Source of the DNA: Candidatus Thorarchaeota archaeon
Lineage (GTDB): Archaea > Asgardarchaeota > Thorarchaeia > Thorarchaeales > Thorarchaeaceae
Assembly: GCA_016839605.1 (NCBI GenBank)
Contig: JAEOTX010000044.1
Location: 31,854-95,853 of the forward strand
DNA: 64,000 bases
Reading direction: 5' to 3'
Shown piece by piece: positions 28,088-38,350 of the stretch. Position numbers and translations under genes: made by a program. Position 1 is the first letter of the stretch. Each line of letters starts with the position of its first letter. The notes under the pieces were generated by a model that worked only from the letters and a program-made list of their open reading frames with translations, was not told where the DNA came from and made no database searches.

Positions 28088-30214
28088 ATGACGGCGAGTG
28101 AGGAGGATCCAGTAGAGGTCCAAGAACCCTCAGCCATAGATTCCGAGATGGTCCCGGACAGCATCCGGGACTCTCTCACATCTAGTATCAGAAGTGCACC
28201 AAGACGGTTTTCATCTTGGACTTCAGGGAAAGTACGCTCATCAGGTTCTTGGGTAAAGGGAGGTATAACCCGATTTATTGGATTCTTTAGAAATCCAGTT
28301 GCAAACTCACGGCAGGCAGCGTCGCAGATCCGTACTAGATCAAAATCAGGATGGCGCCAGCTGCGGAGAGAGATGGACTCGCTAACATGGGTTCAGTTAA
28401 TTGGAGTTATTGCAGTATTTGCTTTATTCCTCATCATTCCTCTTCTAAGCGTTGTTTGGACTTCATTCACTGATTCCGATACAGGAGTCTTTACTCTACA
28501 GCACTTCATTCGCCTTTTCAACGACTCGAATATTTGGCCGTGGGTCTATAATCCAGTTACAGGAAACACTGACTTCTTCGCCAATCTGACACCAGCAATT
28601 TATGATCCTGATTTGAATCTCCTAGTGATATACGGTTGGGATTTAGGAGGTGTGCTAAACTCAATCTATGTCGCAATTTTAGTGACAATATTCTCTGTCA
28701 TTCTAGGGGTCTTCTTTGCCTTCATCGTGGCTCGATATGATTTCTTTGGCAAGAAGGTAATCCGCACACTTCTCATATTTCCAATCTTAGCCACTCCCTT
28801 CGTAGGAGCAATTGGCATCAAGGAGTTCCTTGGTGCGGATGGCTTCATCAATAAGCTCTTCGAACCAATTAGAGACATACTGAACATGGTACTACTTCCT
28901 CTCGGGGCACCAATCCCTGCAATATGGCTTCGTGGTCTTGCTGCTATTATCTTCGTTCAGTCTCTCTCGTTCTTCTCACTCGTATACCTCAACGCCTATT
29001 CTTCGTTCATGAGCATTGATCCATCACTCGAAGAGCAAGCTGAGAATCTCGGAGCACAAGGACTTGGACTATTTCGTTCTGTGACATTCCCCTTGGCGAT
29101 GCCTGGGGTTCAGGCTGGAGCCATTTTGACTTTCATTCTAAGCATAGAGGACCTTGGAACACCAATTGTGTTCCAAGATCATGTATCAGCTAGAAATACA
29201 CTAGCATTTCAGGTCTTCAACAACGTAGCAACTCAGGCTGGAGGTTTGGATCCAAAAGGACCCACAATAGGTATCCTCCTCCTTGTGTTTGCCTTAGTTG
29301 GATTCATGGCAATTCGCAAATATACAGCCTTAAGGTCCTACGATTCCGGAACCAAAGGTGGACAATGGAATCCAAGGACTCGCAGGATTAGCAGGAAAGC
29401 AACTACACTCCTATACTGCCTCTTGGTTCCACTCCTATTCTTGGCTCTCATACCTCAAGTCAGTGTAATTGTCCTCTCTTTCGCAGGCACGTGGTCGACG
29501 GATAGTCTGTTACCAGATGTATGGACTTTAGATAACTACCAGGTTTTATGGGCATATCCCGATGTGACCCAATCAATATATCTCACACTGATATACGGAG
29601 CCATTGCTACTGTTGTTATTGTGCTATTGGGAGCTAGCGCTGCGTATCTGATTGCCCGGAGAGACATTCCTGGAAAGACAGCGCTTGATCTACTCGTGAC
29701 TTCCCCGATCGCGCTTCCAGGCATCGTAATCGCGACAGGCTACTTTACGCTCTTTTACAATACTCCGATATTCCCAGTTGGGGGTCCTGCGTTTCTCATA
29801 ATTATGTCATATACCGTTCGGAAATTCCCATTCACTGTCAGAGCGGCGTATGCGGGACTGATGTCAACGCCCGTTGTTCTAGAGGAAGCGTCTCAGAATC
29901 TGGGTGCTAGCAGGAACCGGACTTTCTTCAAGATTACCATGCCGCTGATTGGAGTAAGCGTCCTTGCAGGCTCCTTGCTTTCCTACGTATATTCTGTGAG
30001 TGAAGTAAGCACAAGTCTCATTCTGGGCAGTGTAGGACGAGAGCAAGCACCGATGACGTTCTGGACGGCTGAAATACTCGATATGACAGGGCAGTATGGT
30101 GGGGCTAACAATGCGGCATGCCTTGGAGTTTTAATGATGGCCCTGCAAATGGCAGTCATAACAGTCACTACAAAAATACTAGGAGCCAGATCTTCTGCTA
30201 TCACGGGCATTTGA
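28088..30214 (+). CDS. ABC transporter permease, fused double transmembrane domain (iron(III)/polyamine-type)
   Basis: About 708 aa with two successive permease modules of multiple hydrophobic helices each. ATG at 28088 is preferred over 28046, which overlaps the binding-protein gene. Confidence 0.85.
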   Translation: MTASEEDPVEVQEPSAIDSEMVPDSIRDSLTSSIRSAPRRFSSWTSGKVRSSGSWVKGGITRFIGFFRNPVANSRQAASQIRTRSKSGWRQLRREMDSLTWVQLIGVIAVFALFLIIPLLSVVWTSFTDSDTGVFTLQHFIRLFNDSNIWPWVYNPVTGNTDFFANLTPAIYDPDLNLLVIYGWDLGGVLNSIYVAILVTIFSVILGVFFAFIVARYDFFGKKVIRTLLIFPILATPFVGAIGIKEFLGADGFINKLFEPIRDILNMVLLPLGAPIPAIWLRGLAAIIFVQSLSFFSLVYLNAYSSFMSIDPSLEEQAENLGAQGLGLFRSVTFPLAMPGVQAGAILTFILSIEDLGTPIVFQDHVSARNTLAFQVFNNVATQAGGLDPKGPTIGILLLVFALVGFMAIRKYTALRSYDSGTKGGQWNPRTRRISRKATTLLYCLLVPLLFLALIPQVSVIVLSFAGTWSTDSLLPDVWTLDNYQVLWAYPDVTQSIYLTLIYGAIATVVIVLLGASAAYLIARRDIPGKTALDLLVTSPIALPGIVIATGYFTLFYNTPIFPVGGPAFLIIMSYTVRKFPFTVRAAYAGLMSTPVVLEEASQNLGASRNRTFFKITMPLIGVSVLAGSLLSYVYSVSEVSTSLILGSVGREQAPMTFWTAEILDMTGQYGGANNAACLGVLMMALQMAVITVTTKILGARSSAITGI

Positions 30215-30225
30215 GGTGATATGAA

Positions 30226-31383
30226 TTGGTTGAGATTAGACTAGAAAACTTGCGGAAAACCTTTGGTGAAGTAGTCGCTACTGACGAAGTGACAATGGTC
30301 CTAGAGGAGGGAGAACTTTCTACACTCTTGGGACCATCTGGTTGCGGGAAGACAACCCTTCTGCGCTTGATTGCTGGTTTCTACGTACCTGACAGAGGGA
30401 CGATTCACTTTGACGACAAGGAAGTCACAGGTGTGCCTCCACATAAGAGGAACACGGGAATGTGCTTCCAGAACTACGCACTGTGGCCACATATGACTGT
30501 GGCCGATAATGTATCATATGGACTGAAGCTGAAACGAGTCGATGGCATGAAGTATACCAAGGGTGCTATCGAAAAACGAGTCAACACCGCATTGGGTCTT
30601 GTGCACATGGAGGAACTTGGCAAGCGCCATATCCATCAGCTATCTGGTGGTCAACAGCAACGTGTGGCACTTGCACGAGCACTTGTGATTGAACCAGGCG
30701 TACTCCTCCTCGATGAGCCACTCTCAAATCTTGATGCAAAGCTGCGGCTTGAGATGAGAGAGGAAATAATGAGAATCCAGAGTGAGCTATCAATAACCAC
30801 AGTCTACGTGACGCACGACCAACATGAAGCACTGAGTATCTCAGATAGAGTGGCTGTTATGGATCTGGGATATGTGCAACAATTTGCATCTCCCAGAGAG
30901 ATTTACTCAGATCCTCAGACAGTCTTTGTTGCAGACTTCATAGGTCAATGTACATTCCTTGACGGTGTCATTCAATCGGTAGGTGAATACATCGATGTCA
31001 CCCTGCCGGATGGACAGGCAATCAAGGGAAGGACCACCATTGAAGGATATCCATTCGAGAAAGGCGAGGCGGTCAAGTGTGCCTTTAGGCCAGAAGACCT
31101 TCATCTTCAGCAAATGGATCCATCCGATAACAAGATCACAGGCAAGGTGACTAGAACCATCTATATCGGAAATGGTCTTGAGGTGTATTTTGAAGTTGGG
31201 GGAGTCAGTGCACAGTCGCTCCTGGATCCCGACCTTGATATGAAAGCGGGGGACAGTATTACTCTCTTCGCACCGCATCGTGAAGTGATGGTTCTACCAT
31301 TGGGCGGAGTAGAGGCTCTGAGGAAAGTTCCGGGGCATCCCATGGCTACAGGTAAGATGCCATCTATGGCTTCGAATGTCTAG
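30226..31383 (+). CDS. ABC transporter ATP-binding protein with C-terminal TOBE-like domain
   Basis: Walker A GPSGCGKTT, signature LSGGQQQRVALARAL, Walker B LLLDEPLS and an H-loop YVTHDQ. Confidence 0.9.
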   Translation: MVEIRLENLRKTFGEVVATDEVTMVLEEGELSTLLGPSGCGKTTLLRLIAGFYVPDRGTIHFDDKEVTGVPPHKRNTGMCFQNYALWPHMTVADNVSYGLKLKRVDGMKYTKGAIEKRVNTALGLVHMEELGKRHIHQLSGGQQQRVALARALVIEPGVLLLDEPLSNLDAKLRLEMREEIMRIQSELSITTVYVTHDQHEALSISDRVAVMDLGYVQQFASPREIYSDPQTVFVADFIGQCTFLDGVIQSVGEYIDVTLPDGQAIKGRTTIEGYPFEKGEAVKCAFRPEDLHLQQMDPSDNKITGKVTRTIYIGNGLEVYFEVGGVSAQSLLDPDLDMKAGDSITLFAPHREVMVLPLGGVEALRKVPGHPMATGKMPSMASNV

Positions 31384-33388
31384 TAGTGACCGCAACGCCC
31401 CTCGAGAAAGCCCTCATCTCTGAGCCATTGAGAAGAGCTCTTCCTACACCTAACAAACTGCCCTGTTCATCAGTCACTATAACCTCCTCTCCAGCCCGCA
31501 GTAAGGGGTCTGCATGTGTGACAAATTTGGCAAGCGCAGACTTTCCCTTGACCACAAACTCACTCACTTCATTCTTGATGGCGACACGATATCTAGCATC
31601 AAGGTTCATCTGAATGAGCTCAAGACCTCCTTCATATGTAGGAGTGAAGAGCCCAGTTGTGGGGACTAGCGTAAAGAGGATCTTATCATTACGCTTCACA
31701 TAACGTATTTTCCCTGTGCTCCTAGACGTGACAAACTGCAGCTTCTGGCTATCCTGCATTTTCGAGAAGTCGATATCCCATTGATATGCTAAAAGCGCAT
31801 GCAGCTTTCTCTTTTCCCAGCTGGCATTGTCATCGATGGGGATCTCTTCTATGCGTTCCAGATTTTCAATCCGCTCTAGTCCATACTGCCGCTGAATGTC
31901 TGGTCCCACTTTATCAGTGGCAGTATCGCGTGTAAGCCAGAACCCATGCTTGAAAGTGAGATTATCCAACATTTCGTGAATGCGTTGTAATGTAACAACG
32001 AGCTCGATCTCCCCAAAATGCTGTGGAAAAATGCATTGCTGAGCAGGATGTACATGTTCCAATTCCCAGGGTATTGCACCTGAAGGAGTGACGAAAATCA
32101 GCAGGAGGCGTTCATTACTCCGTTTTCGAATCTCTTCAACAGCCTTGGGAAGGGTATCTGCGAAGGGTCTATCGCCAAGATGGGGTACCAGAAGCACCGT
32201 TTCAGTGGTGTGATACGGATATCGCTCAATGACTCTTGAATGGAATGTGACCATCTCTGGTCGATGTAGCGTTTCCGGACCGGTGTACATAATCGATGCT
32301 GATTTGCCTAAGGGGTCTGATTGGACAATCTGTTCTGAGTTTCTCATCATTGTAGAGAATGCCTCAAGAAGAGTAGGATGACCTACTGATCGCGCAGCAG
32401 CGAGCTCAAACAACTTCCCGTCTCTTATCGCCTGTCGTACCCTACGCATTTCAGCAGCGCTTGCGTGGAGGTTGTGGCTCATCAAACTCAGGTCTCGATC
32501 AGGTTTGTCAAGCTTCAGGAGCTCTTTGACATCTGTTGTGCTGCAGATTGGACACTCACATGGGAGTTCTTCCAACTGGTCTAGGTGCATTGTCCCGGTG
32601 GGGAAGAGCATTCGACCTGACTCTGCAAACTTGGCATATGATGCTGAATCGAAGAGGTCACAGCCCAATAGCGCAGCTTGAGCAAAGAGCATCGGATGCC
32701 CACATCCAAACAAATGGACTGGTCTGTCTGGTGGAAGGTGTTTCTTTGAAGCGAGTACTATTCGTACAATCTCTGAGTAGCGATACTGCTCCATCAGAGG
32801 GACTACTCCGCCAATGGGATGTACGTCGAAGTCCATCAAAGCCAGTTCTTTCGCTGAGCTCTCTCTAAGGTCCTCGTAGATGCCTCCTTGGATTGTTCCC
32901 GCGAGCATCATTTCTCCTTTCTCTGGCACTGAGAGCCGTGCTCGCTCTAGCGAAACCGCGACATCCTGTTCTACCTTAGTCCTTCCAACTTTTGGATCCG
33001 AGAAAACGTCTAGAATAGTTCCTATATCTGAACCAATACTCTTCTGAAATTCGACAATTTCTAGTGGGTCGATTTCTCCTTCAGCTAGACCATGGAAATA
33101 CATCTGAAATGTTCCAGAGTCTGTCATGATCGGACCATCAAAATCGAGCAGCCCATGAACACCTGATTCAATTGCTTTTGCACGGAAACGGTCGTGCGAC
33201 CGAATGATGTATGAGTTTGTAATCACCATCTGAAAACCAAACTTGTCAATCAAATCCCGAGGAGTGATTGCAGATTTGCCTGGATGTACTACTGGCATAA
33301 GGAGCGGTGTCTTTACAGTACCATGGGCTGTGGTGAATCTTCCAAGCCTTGCCAGTCCATCCTTTGCACGTATTTCGAAGTGGCTCAT
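31364..33388 (-). CDS. tgtA: archaeosine tRNA-guanine transglycosylase (ArcTGT) with C-terminal PUA-type extension
   Basis: 674 aa with N-terminal FEIRAKDGLARLGRFTTAHGTVKTPLLMPVV, a TIM-barrel region containing DSGTFQ, a zinc motif CECPIC, and a long C-terminal extension. Confidence 0.9.
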   Translation of the reverse strand: MSHFEIRAKDGLARLGRFTTAHGTVKTPLLMPVVHPGKSAITPRDLIDKFGFQMVITNSYIIRSHDRFRAKAIESGVHGLLDFDGPIMTDSGTFQMYFHGLAEGEIDPLEIVEFQKSIGSDIGTILDVFSDPKVGRTKVEQDVAVSLERARLSVPEKGEMMLAGTIQGGIYEDLRESSAKELALMDFDVHPIGGVVPLMEQYRYSEIVRIVLASKKHLPPDRPVHLFGCGHPMLFAQAALLGCDLFDSASYAKFAESGRMLFPTGTMHLDQLEELPCECPICSTTDVKELLKLDKPDRDLSLMSHNLHASAAEMRRVRQAIRDGKLFELAAARSVGHPTLLEAFSTMMRNSEQIVQSDPLGKSASIMYTGPETLHRPEMVTFHSRVIERYPYHTTETVLLVPHLGDRPFADTLPKAVEEIRKRSNERLLLIFVTPSGAIPWELEHVHPAQQCIFPQHFGEIELVVTLQRIHEMLDNLTFKHGFWLTRDTATDKVGPDIQRQYGLERIENLERIEEIPIDDNASWEKRKLHALLAYQWDIDFSKMQDSQKLQFVTSRSTGKIRYVKRNDKILFTLVPTTGLFTPTYEGGLELIQMNLDARYRVAIKNEVSEFVVKGKSALAKFVTHADPLLRAGEEVIVTDEQGSLLGVGRALLNGSEMRAFSRGVAVTTRHSKP

Positions 33389-33444
33389 TTCCGTCCTTTT
33401 GGTGTGTCCTTGGATTTACCCAAGAATCTTTCCTTTTGACAAGA

Positions 33445-34770
33445 ATGGAACGCTTTAAGATGGTTCAGTCTAGCCAAATATCAATGACTGTCGTCAAAGC
33501 TTTACTTGTACAGAGGCGAGGTCACAAAGACCCGAATCTACTCAGTGAGTTTGAGGCTTTGGCAACCACAGCAGGCTATGAGGTATCGGGGGTCTTTGAC
33601 ATTGTAAGTGCGCCATCAGCTAAGTATGGCATCAGAAGTGGAAAAGTTGAGGAGATTGAAACTTGGATTGAAGTAAATGAACCAGACTTCGTTCTATTCT
33701 CACCGACCCTGAAATCGGGTCAAATGTTTCGACTTATTGAGCGATGGGAGATTGAAGTACGAGACAGAACTCAGGTGATTCTTGAGATATTTGATCGTCA
33801 CGCACGTACCCCACAGGCCAAATTACAGATAGAGCAAGCGCGTCTCAGCTATGAACTTCCGTTTCAGCGTCATCAGATTCGAATTCGACTTCAGCAAGAA
33901 CATGTCGGTGATAGACCAATCGCAGATCAGGTGGGCCCTGGAGAAAGCCCCTTGGAAATTCACATTAAGCACATTCGAAAGCGGATTGCATACATCCAGG
34001 AAAAGTTGGACACAATCTCCAGAAAACAGAGTTTGAAGAGAAGGGGTCGGGCAAAGAAAGGATTCGAGGAAGTAACACTTGCAGGCTATACGAATGCTGG
34101 AAAGAGCACCCTGCATAATGCAATAACTGGCTCGGAAGTTGAAGTCGCTGACCAGTTGTTTACGACACTATCAACAAAGACCTCTACAATTGCAATACCG
34201 GGTCGTCAGGCTGTCCTCACTGATTCTGTTGGATTCATCAGTGATCTGCCGCGCTCTCTCCTTCGTGCATTCAATACGACGCTGATGGAGATTGGGGAAG
34301 CTGACGTCATTGTGTTAGTGGTTGACGGTTCTGACCCGTTAGACGAGATTGAGCGCAAGTTGAACACGTGCTTGGATACCTTTGTGGATATTGAAGCAAA
34401 TGGCATCCCCGTTGTTATCGCCCTAAACAAGATGGATCTCCTTGCTGAAGAAGAATTGACTCAACGCACTGAACTAATTCAAACTACCCACTCAGAAATC
34501 GTTCCTATTTCCGCAAAGAATGAAACGAATCTTGAAGAATTAATTGTGGCAGTAGAGCAAAGTCTAACACCACTAGCGAACTACCGCCTCGTTCTTCCTT
34601 ATGATGATACGTCAATGTCATTGCTCTCCTGGCTTCATGATGTGACTTCAGTTATCAACCAAGAGTACAGCAAAGACACAATATCTGTTGATGTGACATT
34701 GGATGCCGTGCTTGCCCAGAAATTATCCAAGATGGTCACAGATGGGTCCCTTACTAAGATTGATGAGTGA
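33445..34770 (+). CDS. hflX: GTPase HflX
   Basis: HflX N-terminal domain followed by G motifs GYTNAGKSTL, DSVGF and LNKMDL. The start is uncertain (33445, 33460 or 33484); 33349 would overlap tgtA. Confidence 0.9.
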   Translation: MERFKMVQSSQISMTVVKALLVQRRGHKDPNLLSEFEALATTAGYEVSGVFDIVSAPSAKYGIRSGKVEEIETWIEVNEPDFVLFSPTLKSGQMFRLIERWEIEVRDRTQVILEIFDRHARTPQAKLQIEQARLSYELPFQRHQIRIRLQQEHVGDRPIADQVGPGESPLEIHIKHIRKRIAYIQEKLDTISRKQSLKRRGRAKKGFEEVTLAGYTNAGKSTLHNAITGSEVEVADQLFTTLSTKTSTIAIPGRQAVLTDSVGFISDLPRSLLRAFNTTLMEIGEADVIVLVVDGSDPLDEIERKLNTCLDTFVDIEANGIPVVIALNKMDLLAEEELTQRTELIQTTHSEIVPISAKNETNLEELIVAVEQSLTPLANYRLVLPYDDTSMSLLSWLHDVTSVINQEYSKDTISVDVTLDAVLAQKLSKMVTDGSLTKIDE

Positions 34771-34875
34771 GAACTCTGAAAACACACCAAAGTAGTTAAG
34801 AGGCTCACAACGGTTGCCTCTTCAACATCCACTAACAGGGAGGCCTCAAAACTGCCGGATACTCGTCTTGGACAG

Positions 34876-35772
34876 ATGTTGCAGAGCGGCCAGTTTGTAG
34901 TAACTGCTGAGATAAGCGCACCTCGAGGGTCGGACTACCTTTCGTTGCTTGAGAAGACGAGTATGCTCAAGGACTTTTGTGATGCAATCAATATACCGGA
35001 CAATCCCCGCAGAATACCAAGAATGAGCAGCATCGCCAGTGCACGTTTTGTTCTCGATGCTGGATCCGAACCGGTCTTACATATTGCAATGAGAGACCGC
35101 AATAGAGTTGCATTGATGAGTGACCTATATGGCGCACATGCTTTAGGAATCCGCAACGTTCTATTCGTTACTGGGGACCTTCCAGGTCTTGGGTCAGACA
35201 CCCAAGCCGAGATAGTTTCTGATATTGATTCAGTTCAGGCCTTGCAATTGGCTACTCGAATGATGGCTGGCAATGATCACGCTGGCGAAGAGCTAGAAGG
35301 AGTGCCCAATCTCTATCTGGGTGCGACCTTTGACCCATTTATTGAACCAATCAACGAACAGATTCGAAGAACAAGGTTGAAACATGAATCGGGTGCCCAG
35401 TTCTTCCAGACCCAAGCTGTTTACGATGTAGACCGCTTCGCAGAGTTTGTAGAATCTATTGAGGACCTGAATACGTATGTTCTGGCTGGTGTGGTCCCTC
35501 TGCAGGGACTCGAAATGGCCGAGTTTATGACTGAACATGTATCAGGCATCAACATACCTGATGCAATACTCCAGCGGCTAGAGAATTCTGCTGAGGGACT
35601 TGATGATGAGGAACAGGCAGCCCAGCAAGAAGGTCTGTTAATCGCGACGGAAACTATCAATTCACTGAGAATGATTGATGGTGTGGATGGTGTTCATATA
35701 ATGGCAGTAGGCTGGGAATCCTGCGTTCCAGAACTTGTCAAGTCTGCAGGTCTCTACCCCCGACCCAGTTGA
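34876..35772 (+). CDS. metF: methylenetetrahydrofolate reductase (MetF family)
   Basis: 298 aa with FVVTAEISAPRG, AINIPDNP, HIAMRDRN and NVLFVTGD, typical of MTHFR TIM-barrel proteins. Confidence 0.85.
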   Translation: MLQSGQFVVTAEISAPRGSDYLSLLEKTSMLKDFCDAINIPDNPRRIPRMSSIASARFVLDAGSEPVLHIAMRDRNRVALMSDLYGAHALGIRNVLFVTGDLPGLGSDTQAEIVSDIDSVQALQLATRMMAGNDHAGEELEGVPNLYLGATFDPFIEPINEQIRRTRLKHESGAQFFQTQAVYDVDRFAEFVESIEDLNTYVLAGVVPLQGLEMAEFMTEHVSGINIPDAILQRLENSAEGLDDEEQAAQQEGLLIATETINSLRMIDGVDGVHIMAVGWESCVPELVKSAGLYPRPS

Positions 35773-35784
35773 GGTAGAACAAAG

Positions 35785-36702
35785 ATGTTTGTCTTCAAGA
35801 AAGAACAGAAGTCGTTTGACATCAGAGGTATCACAATCGGAGGCTATCCCGGAGAGAACCCAACTGTCCTTATAGGGGGCCTCTTCTTCAAGGGACAATC
35901 CATTGTTGAGAATACAAAGGAGGGTCTATTTGACAAGAAAGCAGCAAAAGACTGGCTTGACACAGGGATTAGCATGGCTGAGAGAACCGGCCACCCACTC
36001 ATTGTAGAAGCATATGGCAGATCTGCTGTTGCTATGGAGCGGCATCTATCATGGCTTGTTGATAATTATGATGGGCCTTTCATGTACGAATCATCCAACG
36101 TAAGTGCTAGGAAGAGCGCCACTGAGTTCTGCAACGAGGCTGGTCTCACTGAGAGGGCCATTTACAATTCGGTCAATATATCGATGGATGAAGCTGAACG
36201 GGCATTCTTGAAAGAGAGTTCAATAAGCATGGCCGTATTGTTGGGATGGTCTCCAAAAGCAAGCTCCCTAAAGGACAGGATGGAAGTAATTGAAAACACA
36301 GTTGTCGAGGCGAAGACATTTGGAATAGAGAAATTCCTAGTCGACCCTGGTACTATGCCCGTAGGTGCAGGGTATGGTCTAGAACTAAGAACGACCATGG
36401 CAGTAAAATCAGAGTTGGGTCTGCCTACCTGTCTTGCACCTCATAATGCACCATCCGCATGGAAGTTCATCAGGGAAGAGGATTTAGACCAAGAGGAAAC
36501 AGCCAGCTCAGCAGTTATCGCGTCAATAGTTGCCGCTCAGTTGTTCGCAACCGATTGCATAATGTATGGTTCAATGAGAAGATCGCGAGAAGTCTTCACT
36601 GCAGTAGCTCTTACACAGAACGCAATTGCCGCTTCTGTTGCAGAGGCAAATCAGGTGCTCGGAGTGGAGAAACATCTTTTCGAGCCTATAGCAAGTGAGT
36701 AG
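35785..36702 (+). CDS. mtrH: MtrH-like pterin-binding methyltransferase, paralogue 1
   Basis: 305 aa. The N-terminus MFVFKKEQKSFDIRGITIGGYPGENPTVLIGGLFF matches the MtrH pattern (F-x-KEQ ... GG-x-PGE-x-PTVL). Starts 12 nt after metF. Confidence 0.85.
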   Translation: MFVFKKEQKSFDIRGITIGGYPGENPTVLIGGLFFKGQSIVENTKEGLFDKKAAKDWLDTGISMAERTGHPLIVEAYGRSAVAMERHLSWLVDNYDGPFMYESSNVSARKSATEFCNEAGLTERAIYNSVNISMDEAERAFLKESSISMAVLLGWSPKASSLKDRMEVIENTVVEAKTFGIEKFLVDPGTMPVGAGYGLELRTTMAVKSELGLPTCLAPHNAPSAWKFIREEDLDQEETASSAVIASIVAAQLFATDCIMYGSMRRSREVFTAVALTQNAIAASVAEANQVLGVEKHLFEPIASE

Positions 36703-36713
36703 GAGGTCAGGAG

Positions 36714-37397
36714 ATGTCGGGAAATGCATGGCCTCATGTGCCTGGGGACTTCGAAGTGGGAGACCCAAGTGGATCTGTTGCAATCTGTACCTTAGGTAAG
36801 AAGTTTCCAGTTCCTGGCAGCTATGCTATCATAGGCACATGCAAGACTGAGAATATTGGGATCGAACGGGTCATCATCAACATAATCTCGAATCCTTCTA
36901 TCCGCTTTCTAATTCTATCAGGACCTGAAGTACCAGGCCACCTGACAGGATCTTCAATGAAGTCGCTTTATGAGAACGGAGTTGACCCTGACACACGCAA
37001 GATCATAGATGCCCCTGGAGCTATTCCCTATATCGAAAATGTGCCACTTGAAGGAGTGGAGCGGTTTAGAAATCAGATTGAGTTTGTAGATATGATGAAT
37101 ATTTCCCGTGCAGAAGAGATTGCAGCAATGGCTGCAGAGTTGCATGCTAGAAACCCAGGCTCATTTTCTGGCGATCCTATGTTTGTAGATTTCAGAAGAG
37201 CTTCAAGTTCGACTCAGAGAATGGGAATCGGAGGTTCGATAACACTTCTCCCTGAATTTGGAGTATCACTGAGTCCCTTCTCCTTTTTAGTTGGTCCTCA
37301 GGAAACAAGCGCTGTACTCACTGCACATCCAACATCCATTGGCATAGAAGTGCAATCTAGCGAATCAGGGACGATTCTCATTGGAAAGGAGATATAG
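36714..37397 (+). CDS. mtrA: MtrA-like corrinoid-binding protein, no C-terminal transmembrane helix
   Basis: 227 aa with WPHVPGDFEVGDP, GTCKTENIGIERVIINIISNPSIRFLILSGPEVPGHLTG and GAIPYIENVPLEGVERF, closely following MtrA motifs. The C-terminal 60 aa are not hydrophobic. Confidence 0.85.
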   Translation: MSGNAWPHVPGDFEVGDPSGSVAICTLGKKFPVPGSYAIIGTCKTENIGIERVIINIISNPSIRFLILSGPEVPGHLTGSSMKSLYENGVDPDTRKIIDAPGAIPYIENVPLEGVERFRNQIEFVDMMNISRAEEIAAMAAELHARNPGSFSGDPMFVDFRRASSSTQRMGIGGSITLLPEFGVSLSPFSFLVGPQETSAVLTAHPTSIGIEVQSSESGTILIGKEI

Positions 37398-37400
37398 ACA

Positions 37401-38336
37401 TTGTTTGTGTTTCAAAAAGAGCAATACATCTACGATATTGGTGGTGTAAAGATAGGTGGCAATCCAGGTGAGACTCCCACTGTTCTAGCTGGGACAATAT
37501 TCTACGGAGGACATAAGATAATTCGGGATGCATCCAAGGGAATAGTGGATGAGTCTGCTGCTGAGGAGCTTATCAATAAACAGGAAACAATGTCCGAAAC
37601 AACTGGCAATCCCGCGATGGTTCAGATATTCTCCGAAACTGCAAATGCAATGAAGAGGTACATAGATTTCGTATGCTCACATACAGAATCTCCATTCATC
37701 ATCGATTCTACTGATCCTATGGTGCGGGTAGCAGGCTTGCATCATGCCGAAGAGATTGGACTCATTGACCGAGCAGTATACAACTCAATCAATATATCCG
37801 TAACTGAAGAAGAGCTGGATTCACTACGCGAACTCCAGCATGAGTGTGCCATTGTCCTTGCTTTCAACCCTCAAGATCCATCGACGGCAGGACGTAGAGC
37901 AGTGCTTGACGAGGGCGCAGCATCGCTAAAGCAAGGACTTCTGTCAATCGCAGAGGATGTAGGAGTGACAAAGCCACTAATTGACACAGCCACGACAGCT
38001 ATGGGCGCAGGAGCTGGCGCTGCTGTTTCATTTACTTTTGTATCCAAGACCCTTTATGGACACCCAACAGGGTCCGGAATTCATAACGCTGCATCATCAT
38101 GGACCTGGCTCAAGAAGTATAGAAAGGAGAACCGGGATGCCTACCAGATTTGTGATATCGCCTCGAATCTAGTCGTCCAGTCTTTAGGCGCTGACTTTAT
38201 CCTCTATGGGCCAATTGCTAACGCCAACAGAGTCTTTCCAGCAGTTGCAATGGCTGACATCTTCTCAGCCGAGTCTGCAAAGATGGAAATGGGTTTAGAA
38301 CCTCCTGAAAATCATCCTTTTAGGAAACTCCTCTAA
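37401..38336 (+). CDS. mtrH: MtrH-like pterin-binding methyltransferase, paralogue 2
   Basis: 311 aa. N-terminus MFVFQKEQYIYDIGGVKIGGNPGETPTVLAGTIFY. Clearly diverged from paralogue 1 beyond the N-terminus. Starts 3 nt after the mtrA-like stop. Confidence 0.85.
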   Translation: MFVFQKEQYIYDIGGVKIGGNPGETPTVLAGTIFYGGHKIIRDASKGIVDESAAEELINKQETMSETTGNPAMVQIFSETANAMKRYIDFVCSHTESPFIIDSTDPMVRVAGLHHAEEIGLIDRAVYNSINISVTEEELDSLRELQHECAIVLAFNPQDPSTAGRRAVLDEGAASLKQGLLSIAEDVGVTKPLIDTATTAMGAGAGAAVSFTFVSKTLYGHPTGSGIHNAASSWTWLKKYRKENRDAYQICDIASNLVVQSLGADFILYGPIANANRVFPAVAMADIFSAESAKMEMGLEPPENHPFRKLL

Positions 38337-38350
38337 GCGGAGGAAAAAAG

